Shown here: piece by piece, positions 63,700 to 64,000 of the stretch
Numbering within the stretch: position 1 is the first letter of the stretch
Layout: each line of letters begins with the position of its first letter
Assembly (NCBI GenBank): GCA_028534125.1
Contig: CM052816.1
Coordinates: 46,130,001-46,194,000, forward strand
Length of the DNA stretch: 64,000 nt
DNA from: Lama glama
Taxonomy: Eukaryota
Direction: 5' to 3'
Notes under the pieces: generated by a model
What the model saw: the letters and a program-made list of their open reading frames with translations, nothing else
The model's database searches: none
Told to the model about the DNA's origin: nothing
Position numbers and translations under genes: made by a program

Positions 63700-63930
63700 T
63701 ATGGTGGGTTTAGACTACTAGATTTAGAGTCAGAAGCTTGAGTCTGATTTCCAGCTCTATCACTTAATACCTGAGTGATCTTGGTCAGTTTATTTCTTAT
63801 CTCTGAGTTAGAATAATCTCATCTGTAAGATGGGGATAATAATTCCCATTGTCTGCTTAATCGATTTTGTTAAAAAAGAAATTAGATTGCACAGGAGAGT
63901 CAGGACAGTTCTTTTAATATGTAGTATTAG
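63700..63930 (+). mobile_element. MIR SINE
   Basis: agagtcagaagcttgagtctgatttccagctctatcacttaatacctgagtgatcttggtcagtt...ctcatctgtaagatggggataataat. Confidence 0.8.
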
Positions 63931-64000
63931 CACCTTTCTGTGTAATAAAAGGAGTTCATACTACAGTTCCATCTCACTCTCGTGGCCATTGACAACTGTA

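Overview
This is AT-rich, CpG-depleted placental-mammal genomic DNA (intergenic or deep intronic). I found no recognisable protein-coding exon, RNA gene, CRISPR array or prokaryotic feature. Much of the window is decayed interspersed repeat. It includes L1 copies of several ages (one is a ~4.8 kb end-to-end, internally deleted cetartiodactyl-type L1 at 39.7-44.5 kb with a candidate target-site duplication), L2, MIR, MaLR (MLT1) and LTR16-like solo LTRs, a MER2-family Tigger element, and an LTR-less ERV-L pol relic (RNase H, integrase, dUTPase) at 31.2-32.5 kb. The young L1 3' ends, together with no visible Alu, B1, BovB/Bov-tA, PRE1 or Can-SINE, suggest a non-ruminant cetartiodactyl, most likely a camelid (inference from memory of repeat families). 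The short ORFs in the track are chance ORFs or TE remnants. The most unusual unexplained items are a degenerate modular 43-56 bp tandem array carrying TAAT-N3-ATTA palindromes (56.3-56.7 kb), a perfect 13-bp inverted repeat at 11.6 kb, a 21-nt micro-exon-like cassette at 37.8 kb, and several CpG-retaining, enhancer-like non-repeat blocks. I cannot support a claim of a new biological system. Repeat family names and boundaries are by eye and approximate.
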